DNA from: Patescibacteria group bacterium
GTDB lineage: Bacteria; Patescibacteriota; Patescibacteriia; Patescibacteriales; WJLG01
Direction of reading: 5' to 3'
DNA length: 62,759 nt
NCBI GenBank assembly: GCA_028707065.1
Contig: JAQTUZ010000008.1
Coordinates: forward strand, 1-62,759
Shown: positions 8,467 to 16,438 of the stretch, piece after piece
How the letters are laid out: each line of letters starts with the position of its first letter
How positions within the stretch are numbered: position 1 is the first letter of the stretch
Notes under the pieces: generated by a model
What the model saw: only the letters and a program-made list of their open reading frames with translations
Told to the model about the DNA's origin: nothing
The model's database searches: none
Program-made: the position numbers and the translations under genes

Positions 8467-10818
8467 TTAGTCCCTGTATATCCTTAAGCTGTTGCCGATG
8501 ACCGTGATATCCGACATGATCATCGCGAAGGCGGCGACGATCGGATTGGCAATTCCGAGGATAGCGAGCGGAATGGCAATGACGTTATAGAAGAAAGCCC
8601 AGAAAAGATTTTGGCGGATGATGCCGAAAGTCTTGCGGGCCAATTTTATCGCCTCGACGATCTTGATCGGCTCGTTTTTCATAATAATGATATTGCCGGC
8701 CTCTTTGGCAATATCCGCGCCCGCGCCCATTGCTATTCCCAGATCGGCCTGGACTAACGACGGCGCATCATTGATGCCGTCTCCGGCAAAGACCACGTTC
8801 TTGCCCGTATCTTGCAATTCTTTGACCTTTTTTTGCTTGTCCGCCGGCAGAACTTCGGCGAAGAAATTGTCGACGGCCAGAAGCGAGGCAGTGAAATGCA
8901 CGGCGGCTTCGCGATCGCCGGAAATGATGATCGATTCAATTCCCATTTTTTTCAAACTCCAAACCGCTTCCTCGGCGGTCTTTTTTAATTCATCTCTTAA
9001 GAGAAAAGCGGCGATAACATGGTCGGCTTTGGCCAGGAATAATAAGCTGCCGCCTTCCTCGGCTTTCTCTTGGCTTACTTTTTCCGCCCAGGTTTTATCG
9101 ATTTTATTTTCATCCAAAATCCTTAAGTTGCCCAAGAAATATTGGTCGCCATTAATTTTTCCGCCAATTCCCCGGCCAGGGTATTCAGTGATTCCTGCGC
9201 CGGACCGGGAAGAAAAATTCCCCTCTTGAGAGGGGTGGACCGCCGCCTCGGCGGGACGGGGTGTGTTAAAGTTGGTGGTTGCCGATAACAAATCTCCCGG
9301 CGGACAGCCTTCGTCGTTGGGCATTTTTTTCAAGGCCGGCAATTCGCCGCCGGCTCTTAATGGGAAATTATCAGCATCTTCTTTGTTTATTTGGCAGAAT
9401 TTTTGATCGCCCGAAGCGTAAATGGCGATCGCGCGGGAAAGGGGATGAGTTGAACCTGAAGCCAGATTGGCGGCGATTCTCAAGACTTCATCGGTTGAAT
9501 AATCTCGCGCCGGAATTACTTCATAAAGCTTCGGTTCGCCCAAAGTGAGCGTGCCGGTTTTATCGAATACTACGGTATCGATCTTTTTGGCTTTTTCAAA
9601 GCTCTCGCCATTCTTGATCAAGATCCCTTTCTTGGCACCAACGGAGGTGCCGACCATCACTGCGATCGGCGTGGCCAGGCCCAGCGCGCAGGGGCAGGCG
9701 ATGATCAAAACCGTCACCGCGTTGATAATGGCAATCGTGAAATCATGTTTAACCAATAACCAGCCAATTAAAGTCAAAATAGCTACGCCGATGACTGACG
9801 GGACAAAAATTCCCGAAATAGTGTCGGCTAATTTCTGCACCGGCGCCTTGAAGCTTTGCGCCTCTTCCACGGTTTTAATGATTTTGGCCAACACAGTATT
9901 GGAGCCGGTCTGGGTTATTTTTATTTTTAGCTGGCCGTCTTTATTGATCGTTCCGCCAAAAACATTTTCGCCTGATCTTTTGGCAACCGGCAAGCCTTCG
10001 CCGGTGAGCATTGATTCGTCGATATCCGATTGGCCTTCAATAATAATTCCGTCCAAGGGAATTTTTTCGCCCGGTTTCACCAAGGCAACTTCGCCAACTT
10101 GCACTTCCTCGATGTTTTTTTCTGCCGTTCCCCCCTGCGCGTTGATGATCAAAGCTTTCTTGACTCCCAATTCCATTAATTTTTTCATCGCATCCGAGGC
10201 ATGCCCCTGGGTTTTGGCTTCAAAATATTTGCCTAAAAGAATCAAGGCGGCGATGGAAGCGGCGGATTCGAAATACATCGGTTTATCGGCAAAGACCGCC
10301 CAAAGGCTGTAAAAGAAAGCCGTCAGCGTGCCGAGCGAGATGAGCGAATCCATATTGAATTGCCCGCGGATGATCTGCTTGCCGGCGCTCTTGTGGAATT
10401 GCCAGCCGAAAATAAAAACGATCACCGCGGTCAGGATGATTTGCAGCCAATCAGTATAGCCAAGATTTAAAAAGCTTCCGGGGATCTCCCATGCCCAGAT
10501 CATCCGGGATAAAAGGGGGGCGGTAAAGATCAGCGCCAAGATAGTTTTGTTTCGCTGCCAATTGCCGCTCGTCTTTTCGCCATGATGCATGTGGTCGTTC
10601 ATCGCGCCATCTTCCAAGACCTTGTAGCCGGTTTTTTTAATTATTTCCTTGATTTTGTCTAAGCCGATCTTTGCCTCGTCGTATTCGACATAAGCTTTGC
10701 CATTGGCATAATTGACGTCAGAGGAGATTATGCCGGTCTGTTTTTTCAAATTGCGATTGATATTCTGGGCGCAGGACGCGCAATCCATACCCCCAATGTT
10801 TAATGAGATTTTAGTCAT
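8467..10818 (-). CDS. copA: copper-translocating P1B-type ATPase
   Basis: [16 protein letters not shown] motif ([12 protein letters not shown]), DKTGTLT, SxHP (GSTHPLS), GDGINDAP; contains a ~55-aa extra segment in the N-domain including one PE-A repeat. Confidence 0.95.
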   Translation of the reverse strand: MTKISLNIGGMDCASCAQNINRNLKKQTGIISSDVNYANGKAYVEYDEAKIGLDKIKEIIKKTGYKVLEDGAMNDHMHHGEKTSGNWQRNKTILALIFTAPLLSRMIWAWEIPGSFLNLGYTDWLQIILTAVIVFIFGWQFHKSAGKQIIRGQFNMDSLISLGTLTAFFYSLWAVFADKPMYFESAASIAALILLGKYFEAKTQGHASDAMKKLMELGVKKALIINAQGGTAEKNIEEVQVGEVALVKPGEKIPLDGIIIEGQSDIDESMLTGEGLPVAKRSGENVFGGTINKDGQLKIKITQTGSNTVLAKIIKTVEEAQSFKAPVQKLADTISGIFVPSVIGVAILTLIGWLLVKHDFTIAIINAVTVLIIACPCALGLATPIAVMVGTSVGAKKGILIKNGESFEKAKKIDTVVFDKTGTLTLGEPKLYEVIPARDYSTDEVLRIAANLASGSTHPLSRAIAIYASGDQKFCQINKEDADNFPLRAGGELPALKKMPNDEGCPPGDLLSATTNFNTPRPAEAAVHPSQEGNFSSRSGAGITEYPGRGIGGKINGDQYFLGNLRILDENKIDKTWAEKVSQEKAEEGGSLLFLAKADHVIAAFLLRDELKKTAEEAVWSLKKMGIESIIISGDREAAVHFTASLLAVDNFFAEVLPADKQKKVKELQDTGKNVVFAGDGINDAPSLVQADLGIAMGAGADIAKEAGNIIIMKNEPIKIVEAIKLARKTFGIIRQNLFWAFFYNVIAIPLAILGIANPIVAAFAMIMSDITVIGNSLRIYRD
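9216..9268 (-). repeat. PE-A element, inside copA (in-frame, sense)
   Basis: aattcccctcttgagaggggtgg-accgccgcctcggcggga-cggggtgtgtta; translated on the minus strand as [17 protein letters not shown]. Confidence 0.9.
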
Positions 10819-10826
10819 ATTTTAAA

Positions 10827-10921
10827 TGTAATACTAATCCACGAATACATACTAATATAACGAATGCCCGTTTAAAATAATTCGTTATATTAGTATGTAT
10901 TCGTATTGAATTAGTATTACA
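10827..10921 (+). repeat. 95-nt R1-type hairpin element, copy 1 (upstream of copA)
   Basis: tgtaatactaatccacgaatacatactaatataacgaat ... attcgttatattagtatgtattcgtattgaattagtattaca; near-identical arms at 32287-32381. Confidence 0.9.
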
Positions 10922-10946
10922 ACTAAATATTTTTTTAAATAATTTA

Positions 10947-10985
10947 TTATTGAATTATAAATTTTCCCCAGACCATTTTCATCCC
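10947..10985 (-). pseudogene. orphan 3'-end fragment (12 codons plus stop) of a second allele/paralogue of gene 11127-12470
   Basis: 35 of 39 nt identical to 11127-11165. Both translate to GMKMVWGKFIIQ-stop. All four differences are synonymous or stop-to-stop (TGA/TAA). Confidence 0.8.
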
Positions 10986-10986
10986 T

Positions 10987-11019
10987 TTTTTGTTATCCTG
11001 AGCCCCGGGCGAAGGATCT
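10987..11019 (+). repeat. solo terminus of the TGTCATCCTGAG MITE family
   Basis: ttttgttatcctgagccccgggcgaaggatct; abuts the orphan gene fragment 10947-10985. Confidence 0.75.
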
Positions 11020-11102
11020 GTTCCTATCCCGCGCAAGATAACCAATGTTTTAAGTAATAAAGTTGTTCGTTGGCAATCATTATAATGACAAACTAAACAA
11101 AT

Positions 11103-11130
11103 CTGTAATTCTTAATTTGTAATTTGTCAT
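11103..11130 (+). repeat. R2 'TTTGTAAT-word' arm overlapping the stop of gene 11127-12470
   Basis: ctgtaattcttaatttgtaatttgtcat. Confidence 0.7.
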
Positions 11131-12470
11131 TGAATGATGAATTTTCCCCAGACCATTTTCATTCCGCAGGAGAATTTTATTTCGCTCAAGCCTGACTCTG
11201 GAGTAAAGTCGATTACTGTCTGACCGATATTGAGTTTTTTGCTTATTTGATTTTGGCCGTTATAAAGGATGATGGCATCGGTGCAGCCCATCGATTTTGG
11301 CAAATTGATTACCCAATGAACCGGCACGCCTTTCTTGATATAGATGACATTCGGCTGATAGCCGGAATAGCCAACCGTCAATTCCGCGGTTTGAGCCTGG
11401 GCTGGCGTCGGCGCAGGCGTTGTTTGAGCCGGAGTTTTTGGCGCTGACGGATTTAATAAACCAAAGCTGCTCATCGCGCGGCCAAAGGTGAAGAGACCCA
11501 GAATTATTACTATTATACCCGAAATTTTTAAAAGCTGCTTCATCCGGCTCGCCGTAAGCGTTGAGACAAAATGGCCGAAGCCGAACAAAAGGGGAATGGT
11601 GCCCAGGGCATAAAAGGCCATCGATAAAGCGCCAACGAGCCAATTGCCGGTGGACAAAGCATAAAGCTGCATGGCTTGCAGTGGTCCGCAAGGCATGAAG
11701 CCGGTCAACAAACCGATGACGAACGGTCCTTTCGGTTCGCGGTTTTGCCGATTTTTGAAGATTACCTTGGCGATGAAGTCCGGCGTCTGTATTTTTATTT
11801 TATTCAGCCATTTGATTTCTGTTGCCAGCGACAAGCCCATCAGAACCATAAAGATCGCCGCCACCAGCAAAAGCGTTCCGGAAAAATTCGGATTGATTCC
11901 GAAGAACGCCCCAAATCCTCCCAATATTCCCCCGATCACGGTATAGGAGATTAATCGCCCTAAATTATATTGTAGGTGGAGTTTGTGAGACGAAATTTGT
12001 AATTTGTAATTTTTAATTTGTAATTGTCTGGTTGAGTATGCCATCACGAATCCGCCGCACATGCCGACGCAATGGAAGCTGGCTAAAAGCCCGATCAGGA
12101 AAATTAAGCCATAGCCGACTTTTTCGTTGTTCAAATTAGCCATTATTTCCCAGCCGCCCAAGGCCTGGATGAGAAAATATCCGCCAGCGAAGATCAGCAC
12201 AAAAATTCCGGCGCCAATCCAGTTTTTATTAAATTTCTTTTTGCCGGTGGCGGTAATATCCAAAAGTTCCGGCGTATAACCCAGTTCTTTTATTTTACTG
12301 AAGATTTTATCCAGATCAGTTTTGGTTTCGTCATACTCAACTCCGGCCCGTCCTTTATCGAAGAGGACGATTATTTTTTTTACCCCGGGAAGCGAGCCCA
12401 CTTCCGCTTCCACTAATACCTTGCAAGAAGAGCAGTGCAGCCCGGATATATTGAAAGTAATCTTTTTCAT
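11127..12470 (-). CDS. HMA domain / DsbD_2(TauE)-like membrane domain / cupredoxin-like domain fusion protein
   Basis: N-terminal GLHCSSCKVLVE HMA; membrane core with FHCVGMCGG and FMPCGPL motifs; C-terminal beta domain (GVPVHWVINLPKSMGCTDAI...FSCGMKMVWGKF); between csoR and copA. Confidence 0.75.
   Translation of the reverse strand: MKKITFNISGLHCSSCKVLVEAEVGSLPGVKKIIVLFDKGRAGVEYDETKTDLDKIFSKIKELGYTPELLDITATGKKKFNKNWIGAGIFVLIFAGGYFLIQALGGWEIMANLNNEKVGYGLIFLIGLLASFHCVGMCGGFVMAYSTRQLQIKNYKLQISSHKLHLQYNLGRLISYTVIGGILGGFGAFFGINPNFSGTLLLVAAIFMVLMGLSLATEIKWLNKIKIQTPDFIAKVIFKNRQNREPKGPFVIGLLTGFMPCGPLQAMQLYALSTGNWLVGALSMAFYALGTIPLLFGFGHFVSTLTASRMKQLLKISGIIVIILGLFTFGRAMSSFGLLNPSAPKTPAQTTPAPTPAQAQTAELTVGYSGYQPNVIYIKKGVPVHWVINLPKSMGCTDAIILYNGQNQISKKLNIGQTVIDFTPESGLSEIKFSCGMKMVWGKFIIQ
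11993..12026 (+). repeat. R2 arm inside gene 11127-12470 (in-frame)
   Basis: aaatttgtaatttgtaatttttaatttgtaattg; translated on the minus strand as QLQIKNYKLQIS. Confidence 0.8.
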
Positions 12471-12477
12471 ATTTTAT

Positions 12478-12527
12478 ATTCCCCTCTAGAGAGGGGTGGA
12501 TCGCCCCTGGCGAGACGGGGTGTGTTA
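12478..12527 (-). repeat. PE-A element, intergenic (HMA-fusion gene / csoR)
   Basis: attcccctctagagaggggtgg-atcgcccctggcgagac-ggggtgtgtta; core identical to the copy at 12954. Confidence 0.9.
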
Positions 12528-12556
12528 TGCCGGTCTGCCAGAAAACGTTTATTAAA

Positions 12557-12829
12557 TTATTTATTAGCCAACTTGCTCACTCTTAAAATTTCCTCGACCA
12601 TCTTCGCTTTCACCTTTTCGTTTTTGCTCGCCATCGCGTTCTTGAAGCAAGTATGCAGATGATTTTCCATCAGCTGCTGATGAGCTGATTTTAAAAGTCC
12701 GATGACCGCCAGATTCTGCTGCATGATATCAATGCAGTATTTATTCTCTTCCGTCATCTTAATAATTTTTTCCACCAGCGATTTGGCTTTTTTGAAACCA
12801 ATCAGCGCTTTTTGTTTCTCGTTAGTCAT
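12557..12829 (-). CDS. csoR: CsoR/RcnR-family metal-sensing repressor
   Basis: 90 aa; C...H-x3-C ligand pattern (KYCIDIMQQ...ENHLHTC); first gene of the cop operon; candidate operator upstream. Confidence 0.85.
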   Translation of the reverse strand: MTNEKQKALIGFKKAKSLVEKIIKMTEENKYCIDIMQQNLAVIGLLKSAHQQLMENHLHTCFKNAMASKNEKVKAKMVEEILRVSKLANK

Positions 12830-12848
12830 AAAATATAATTTATAAAAA

Positions 12849-12882
12849 ATAATTTGTAATTTTTAATTTGTCATTTGTAATT
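12849..12882 (+). repeat. R2 arm in the csoR 5' leader
   Basis: aataatttgtaatttttaatttgtcatttgtaatt. Confidence 0.75.
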
Positions 12883-12887
12883 CCCGC

Positions 12888-12908
12888 CATACCTGGGGTG
12901 GGGGTATG
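12888..12908 (-). promoter_or_regulatory. candidate CsoR operator
   Basis: catACCtggggtgggGGTatg: ATACC-N9-GGTAT with a G/C-tract centre, resembling described CsoR boxes; overlaps the predicted transcription start. Confidence 0.6.
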
Positions 12909-12913
12909 TCATT

Positions 12914-12942
12914 ATCATAAACCCTATCAAAAAAAACGTCAA
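12914..12942 (-). promoter_or_regulatory. cop operon promoter
   Basis: Minus strand TTGACG (12942-12937)-17 nt-TATGAT (12919-12914); the CsoR box starts 6 nt downstream. Confidence 0.7.
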
Positions 12943-12953
12943 GAGGGTAATAT

Positions 12954-13005
12954 ATTCCCCTCTAGCAAGAGGGGTGGATCGCCCCTGGCGAGACGGGGTG
13001 TGTTT
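12954..13005 (-). repeat. PE-A element, upstream of the cop promoter
   Basis: attcccctctagcaagaggggtgg-atcgcccctggcgagac-ggggtgtgtttt; near-identical to 12478-12527. Confidence 0.9.
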
Positions 13006-13130
13006 TAGTTTTGTTCAAGCCGAACAAGCGCAATTACATCTCGCTCGTCGCCCCCCCTCATCATGATGATCTTCTTCCCCGCCCTCTTCTTTCTCTTCGC
13101 GCGCTTCAGTTCGGGGATGATGAAATAGAC

Positions 13131-13167
13131 AATTAAGAATTATGAATTAAGAGATAAGAATTAGAGG
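13131..13167 (+). repeat. R3 'AAGAATTA-word' repeat, intergenic
   Basis: aattaagaattatgaattaagagataagaattagagg. Confidence 0.6.
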
Positions 13168-13220
13168 AGATGATATGCATGGCAAACAAATCCCCGTTAA
13201 ACCGGGGTTTTTGTTTTGTC

Positions 13221-13270
13221 TTTTTGTCATTGCGAGCCCCTGGCGTGGCAATCTCGCGCCACGCGAAAGG
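13221..13270 (+). repeat. related TGTCATTGCGAGC...GCAATC hairpin repeat
   Basis: tttttgtcattgcgagcccctggcgtggcaatctcgcgccacgcgaaagg. Confidence 0.6.
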
Positions 13271-13323
13271 AACCACGCTTGGCCTTGTCGAAGTTTTTGA
13301 AAAGTGGTAGATTTTAAATAAAT

Positions 13324-13352
13324 TTGGTTAAAATTACAAAAATAATTATATT
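13324..13352 (+). promoter_or_regulatory. promoter of the orphan gene (near-leaderless)
   Basis: TTGGTT-17 nt-TATATT, with the -10 ending 9 nt before ATG 13362. Confidence 0.55.
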
Positions 13353-13361
13353 GTAGTAGTT

Positions 13362-15071
13362 ATGTCCCCCAGTGAAAAGTTAGAAATTATAGAAAAAGAA
13401 ATTGATGGGTATATCTCAAAACAACCTATTTTCGGCTCATCTAGAAATTTAATGGTATTAAATTTACTTAGATATTTAGAATTTGTTTCTTTATCAAATA
13501 AAGAAACATCAACCTTGGAAAATTACTTAGCCAATGGGCACTCTACTGAGTGCCAAAATTTGAGGGGTGTTTCAAATTCTATAGATTGGGCTCATGAATA
13601 TTGCAAATCAATTAATAATTTTGACTATAAATTCGATGAAAGTACTCTTAGAGAATTAAAATTAGCCTTTAGTCTATCACAAAATTACGGCAATATTTGC
13701 GACATTTTTTATTACATAAGAAAAAATATTTTGGATTGGAATTTTAAAACCGATAAAGAAATATTGTTGACGCAGAAAGATCAGGAAACTCAATTGTTTA
13801 AGGTTATAAATTATTTTATTGGTACGCACGAAGTAGAAAAGTTTAATAGTGTGCCAAGTGTTATATTAAAAATGAAAGGGTTTTTGGAAAATGTGATCGC
13901 GTTTTCAAATAAAGTTAAAATAAAGGGGAATACAAATTTCTTTAATTTCGATTTTAATATTCCAGAAATATATCCGGTATACAATGAACTGCTAAAGGAG
14001 CAAACAAGGTTGCAATGGAGGTTAGATGAAAAATGGGAATTGGGAGGATATAGCGTGAGCGATTTTCGTTTGGCATTCGTTGCTATTTTAACAATAGCCA
14101 CTCTTCACAGTTTTCTTCTTTTTGGAATTTTTTCAAAAAGGGAAAAACTTAACGTTAAACCAAATAAATTTTTTCAGAATTTGGTTATGTTCAATTCAAA
14201 GCAGAAATGGGTAAAAATGATAAAAAATTTATCAAATTTACCATCCGACAAAATCGAGCACATTATTGACGACTTAACATATGACTTTAGCAATAGACGC
14301 AATAAAAATAAAATTGGTGTAACGGCATATTGCTTTTACCGGATTGGTGATCCTGTGTTGGCTCTGAGTAACGAAATTGTTAGAAGTTCAAATGCAGAAA
14401 GGAACGCTTGGCTAATGCTTGAGAGGAAGAATCGACAACTTCACTCAAAATGGGGTAACGAGAAGGAGAATTATTGGAGAGAAAATATAATATCAGAGTT
14501 ACGGAAACGAAAAATTTGGGTTTTTGAAAGGGGGATTAATATTCTTGGTACGAATATTGATTTGCTAGTTATTGATTTCAATAAAAAATTTGGTTTATCA
14601 ATTGAATTGAAATGGTTGACTCCCCCCAATAGAATAAGAGATTACTCGAGCCTTATCGATCCGGAATTAAGAAAGGGAAGGGAGCAAGCCAGTATTTGTG
14701 AAAAATGGCTCAATAGTAGTAAAAATGAGCTGGCTAAAAAAACAGGAATAGAATATTCTAAAATCAATAATATTAATTTTGGGTCAATTGTTCTTTCAAA
14801 AAACTCAATTGGTTCGCAAGCAGTAAATACGGATGATGGCCCCCCAATTGTTAGTGAGGATTTATTTTGGTGGATAATTAAAGAGCCATTTAATGAAGAT
14901 ATTACGACCTTGTATAAAATAGCAAAAGAGAAGAAATTTTACCCCCGAATTAATAAACATTTCACTGTGCAGGATTGTGAAGTTGAATATGCGGGGTACA
15001 AATTTATTGAAAAAGATTGTTACGTGCCACACAATAATACATGGAACCCAAGGCGCGATATTAAAAAATAG
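13362..15071 (+). CDS. orphan 569-aa protein with a possible C-terminal PD-(D/E)xK nuclease core
   Basis: Uninterrupted 1.7-kb ORF, visibly AT-rich versus neighbours; own TTGGTT-17-TATATT promoter; candidate motif E(LRK)...GTNIDLLVID-x11-IELKW...REQASICEKW. Confidence 0.6.
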   Translation: MSPSEKLEIIEKEIDGYISKQPIFGSSRNLMVLNLLRYLEFVSLSNKETSTLENYLANGHSTECQNLRGVSNSIDWAHEYCKSINNFDYKFDESTLRELKLAFSLSQNYGNICDIFYYIRKNILDWNFKTDKEILLTQKDQETQLFKVINYFIGTHEVEKFNSVPSVILKMKGFLENVIAFSNKVKIKGNTNFFNFDFNIPEIYPVYNELLKEQTRLQWRLDEKWELGGYSVSDFRLAFVAILTIATLHSFLLFGIFSKREKLNVKPNKFFQNLVMFNSKQKWVKMIKNLSNLPSDKIEHIIDDLTYDFSNRRNKNKIGVTAYCFYRIGDPVLALSNEIVRSSNAERNAWLMLERKNRQLHSKWGNEKENYWRENIISELRKRKIWVFERGINILGTNIDLLVIDFNKKFGLSIELKWLTPPNRIRDYSSLIDPELRKGREQASICEKWLNSSKNELAKKTGIEYSKINNINFGSIVLSKNSIGSQAVNTDDGPPIVSEDLFWWIIKEPFNEDITTLYKIAKEKKFYPRINKHFTVQDCEVEYAGYKFIEKDCYVPHNNTWNPRRDIKK

Positions 15072-15166
15072 TTTTGGTTCCGCTACAATTTTGCCTTGGA
15101 CTGGGGCGTTTGTTTTGCGCCAAGGTGGTATAATGATTACATAGCTAATAATTAACTTTATACTTT

Positions 15167-16228
15167 ATGAATTTGTTCGAAAAATTCAACCTTAATATGC
15201 CAAAAGTTATTAAGATTGCCGGGCTTTCGCTCTTGGCGGTAATTGTGATCGTGATCCTTTTCCGGTTGGTCGGCTCTTCGATCGTGGCAATGATGCCGAA
15301 TAATCTTAGGAACACAACCAGCATTATGCCTATTCAGTCCGGCACTAGCTATGATGCGGCCAAAGGCTACGGCGAATCGGCTTCTTACGCGGCTCCCGGC
15401 ACGGCGAGTTTGTCGATCCGGAACGTTGTTTCAACTCCGGGCACGCCGATCTATCAAAATGGCGGCACGACCGGAAGCACTGCCGAGCAATTCGAAGTGA
15501 CCGAATATAATGCGACGATTGAAACGCGTCAGCTTGATAGCACCTGCGCCAAAGTTGCCGACCTCAAACCGCTAGACTACGTCATTTTCGAGAATGCCAA
15601 TAAATTTGATAATGGCTGTAATTATGTTTTTAAGGTCAAAAAGGATAAAGCCGAGGAAATTTTGGCGATCATCAAGCAGCTCAACCCCAAATATCTTTAC
15701 CAGAATACCAATACCATCAAGCAGGTCGTCGATGATTATACCAGCGAGATCGATATTCTTAAGAATCAGCTGGCATCGATCGATGATACTCTTAAGAATG
15801 CCACCGCCGCTTACGATGATATTATGAAGCTGGCTAATCAGGTGAAGGATGTTGAAAGCCTGGCTAAGATAATCGACAGCAAGATCAACACGATCCAGCA
15901 GCTGACCCAGCAGCGGATCAACATCAGTAATCAGCTCGCCTCGCTTCAGCGCTCAAAAGCCGACCAGCTTGACCGCCTGGATTATGTGAATTTCCGCGTC
16001 AGCATCACTGAAAATAAATTCGTCGACGGAAAAGTCCTGAAGGATTCCTGGGTCGCGGCGATCCAGAAATTCGTCCGCGATGTCAATCAGATCGCCCAAG
16101 ATATTTCGGTCGGCCTTGTCGCGCTCATCTTGATTATTCTGCAGTATGCGCTTTATATCATCATCCTGCTGCTCGTCGTAAAATTCGGCTGGAAATTAGT
16201 TAAGCGGATCTGGAAGGGGAAGAATTAA
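15167..16228 (+). CDS. membrane protein, likely DUF4349 family
   Basis: 353 aa; N-terminal and C-terminal TM helices flanking a central coiled-coil (ILKNQLASIDDTLKN...LASLQRSKADQLDRLDYVNFRVSITE). Confidence 0.55.
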   Translation: MNLFEKFNLNMPKVIKIAGLSLLAVIVIVILFRLVGSSIVAMMPNNLRNTTSIMPIQSGTSYDAAKGYGESASYAAPGTASLSIRNVVSTPGTPIYQNGGTTGSTAEQFEVTEYNATIETRQLDSTCAKVADLKPLDYVIFENANKFDNGCNYVFKVKKDKAEEILAIIKQLNPKYLYQNTNTIKQVVDDYTSEIDILKNQLASIDDTLKNATAAYDDIMKLANQVKDVESLAKIIDSKINTIQQLTQQRINISNQLASLQRSKADQLDRLDYVNFRVSITENKFVDGKVLKDSWVAAIQKFVRDVNQIAQDISVGLVALILIILQYALYIIILLLVVKFGWKLVKRIWKGKN

Positions 16229-16240
16229 ACGGTTTAAAAA

Positions 16241-16269
16241 AGATCGCCTGGGCTAGGCGGTCTTTTTTT
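16241..16269 (+). terminator. terminator after the DUF4349-like gene
   Basis: agatcgcct-gggct-aggcggtct followed by ttttttt; A-run upstream. Confidence 0.7.
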
Positions 16270-16395
16270 AAAAAAAGTGGCTCACCCCCTATTTAAGTAT
16301 AAAAAATGGTGACGATATTGATTAATCGTCACCCGATGATTACGGAAAAGTTTTGGTTTCGCCGCAGTCCGCGGCGAGACTGCGGCTGAACCAAA

Positions 16396-16428
16396 ATAAA
16401 AAAGAGCCCGTTGCTTCCAGGCTCTTTT
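16396..16428 (-). terminator. terminator after lipoprotein gene 16439-17179
   Basis: agagcc-cgttgcttcca-ggctct flanked by A- and T-runs. Confidence 0.6.
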
Positions 16429-16438
16429 GAAAAAAACA

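Noticed and set aside
8618-10312. Long antisense ORFs inside copA (8618-9229, 9545-10312), and similar shadow ORFs opposite acs, the ACD-GNAT gene, alaS, prfB and others
   Set aside because: They are frame shadows of well-supported genes on the opposite strand, with no independent signals.
12667-12680. CTGATGAG, the hammerhead ribozyme core, inside csoR
   Set aside because: There is no matching GAAA core or three-helix junction nearby, and the motif lies within a well-supported coding sequence.
13005-13139. Minus-strand open frame ending ...IPELKRAKRKKRAGKKIIMMRGGDERDVIALVRLEQN-stop, possibly another gene-end remnant
   Set aside because: It has no start codon with signals, no recognisable family and no second copy in the window. 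It is noted only as a possible relic in the repeat-rich spacer.
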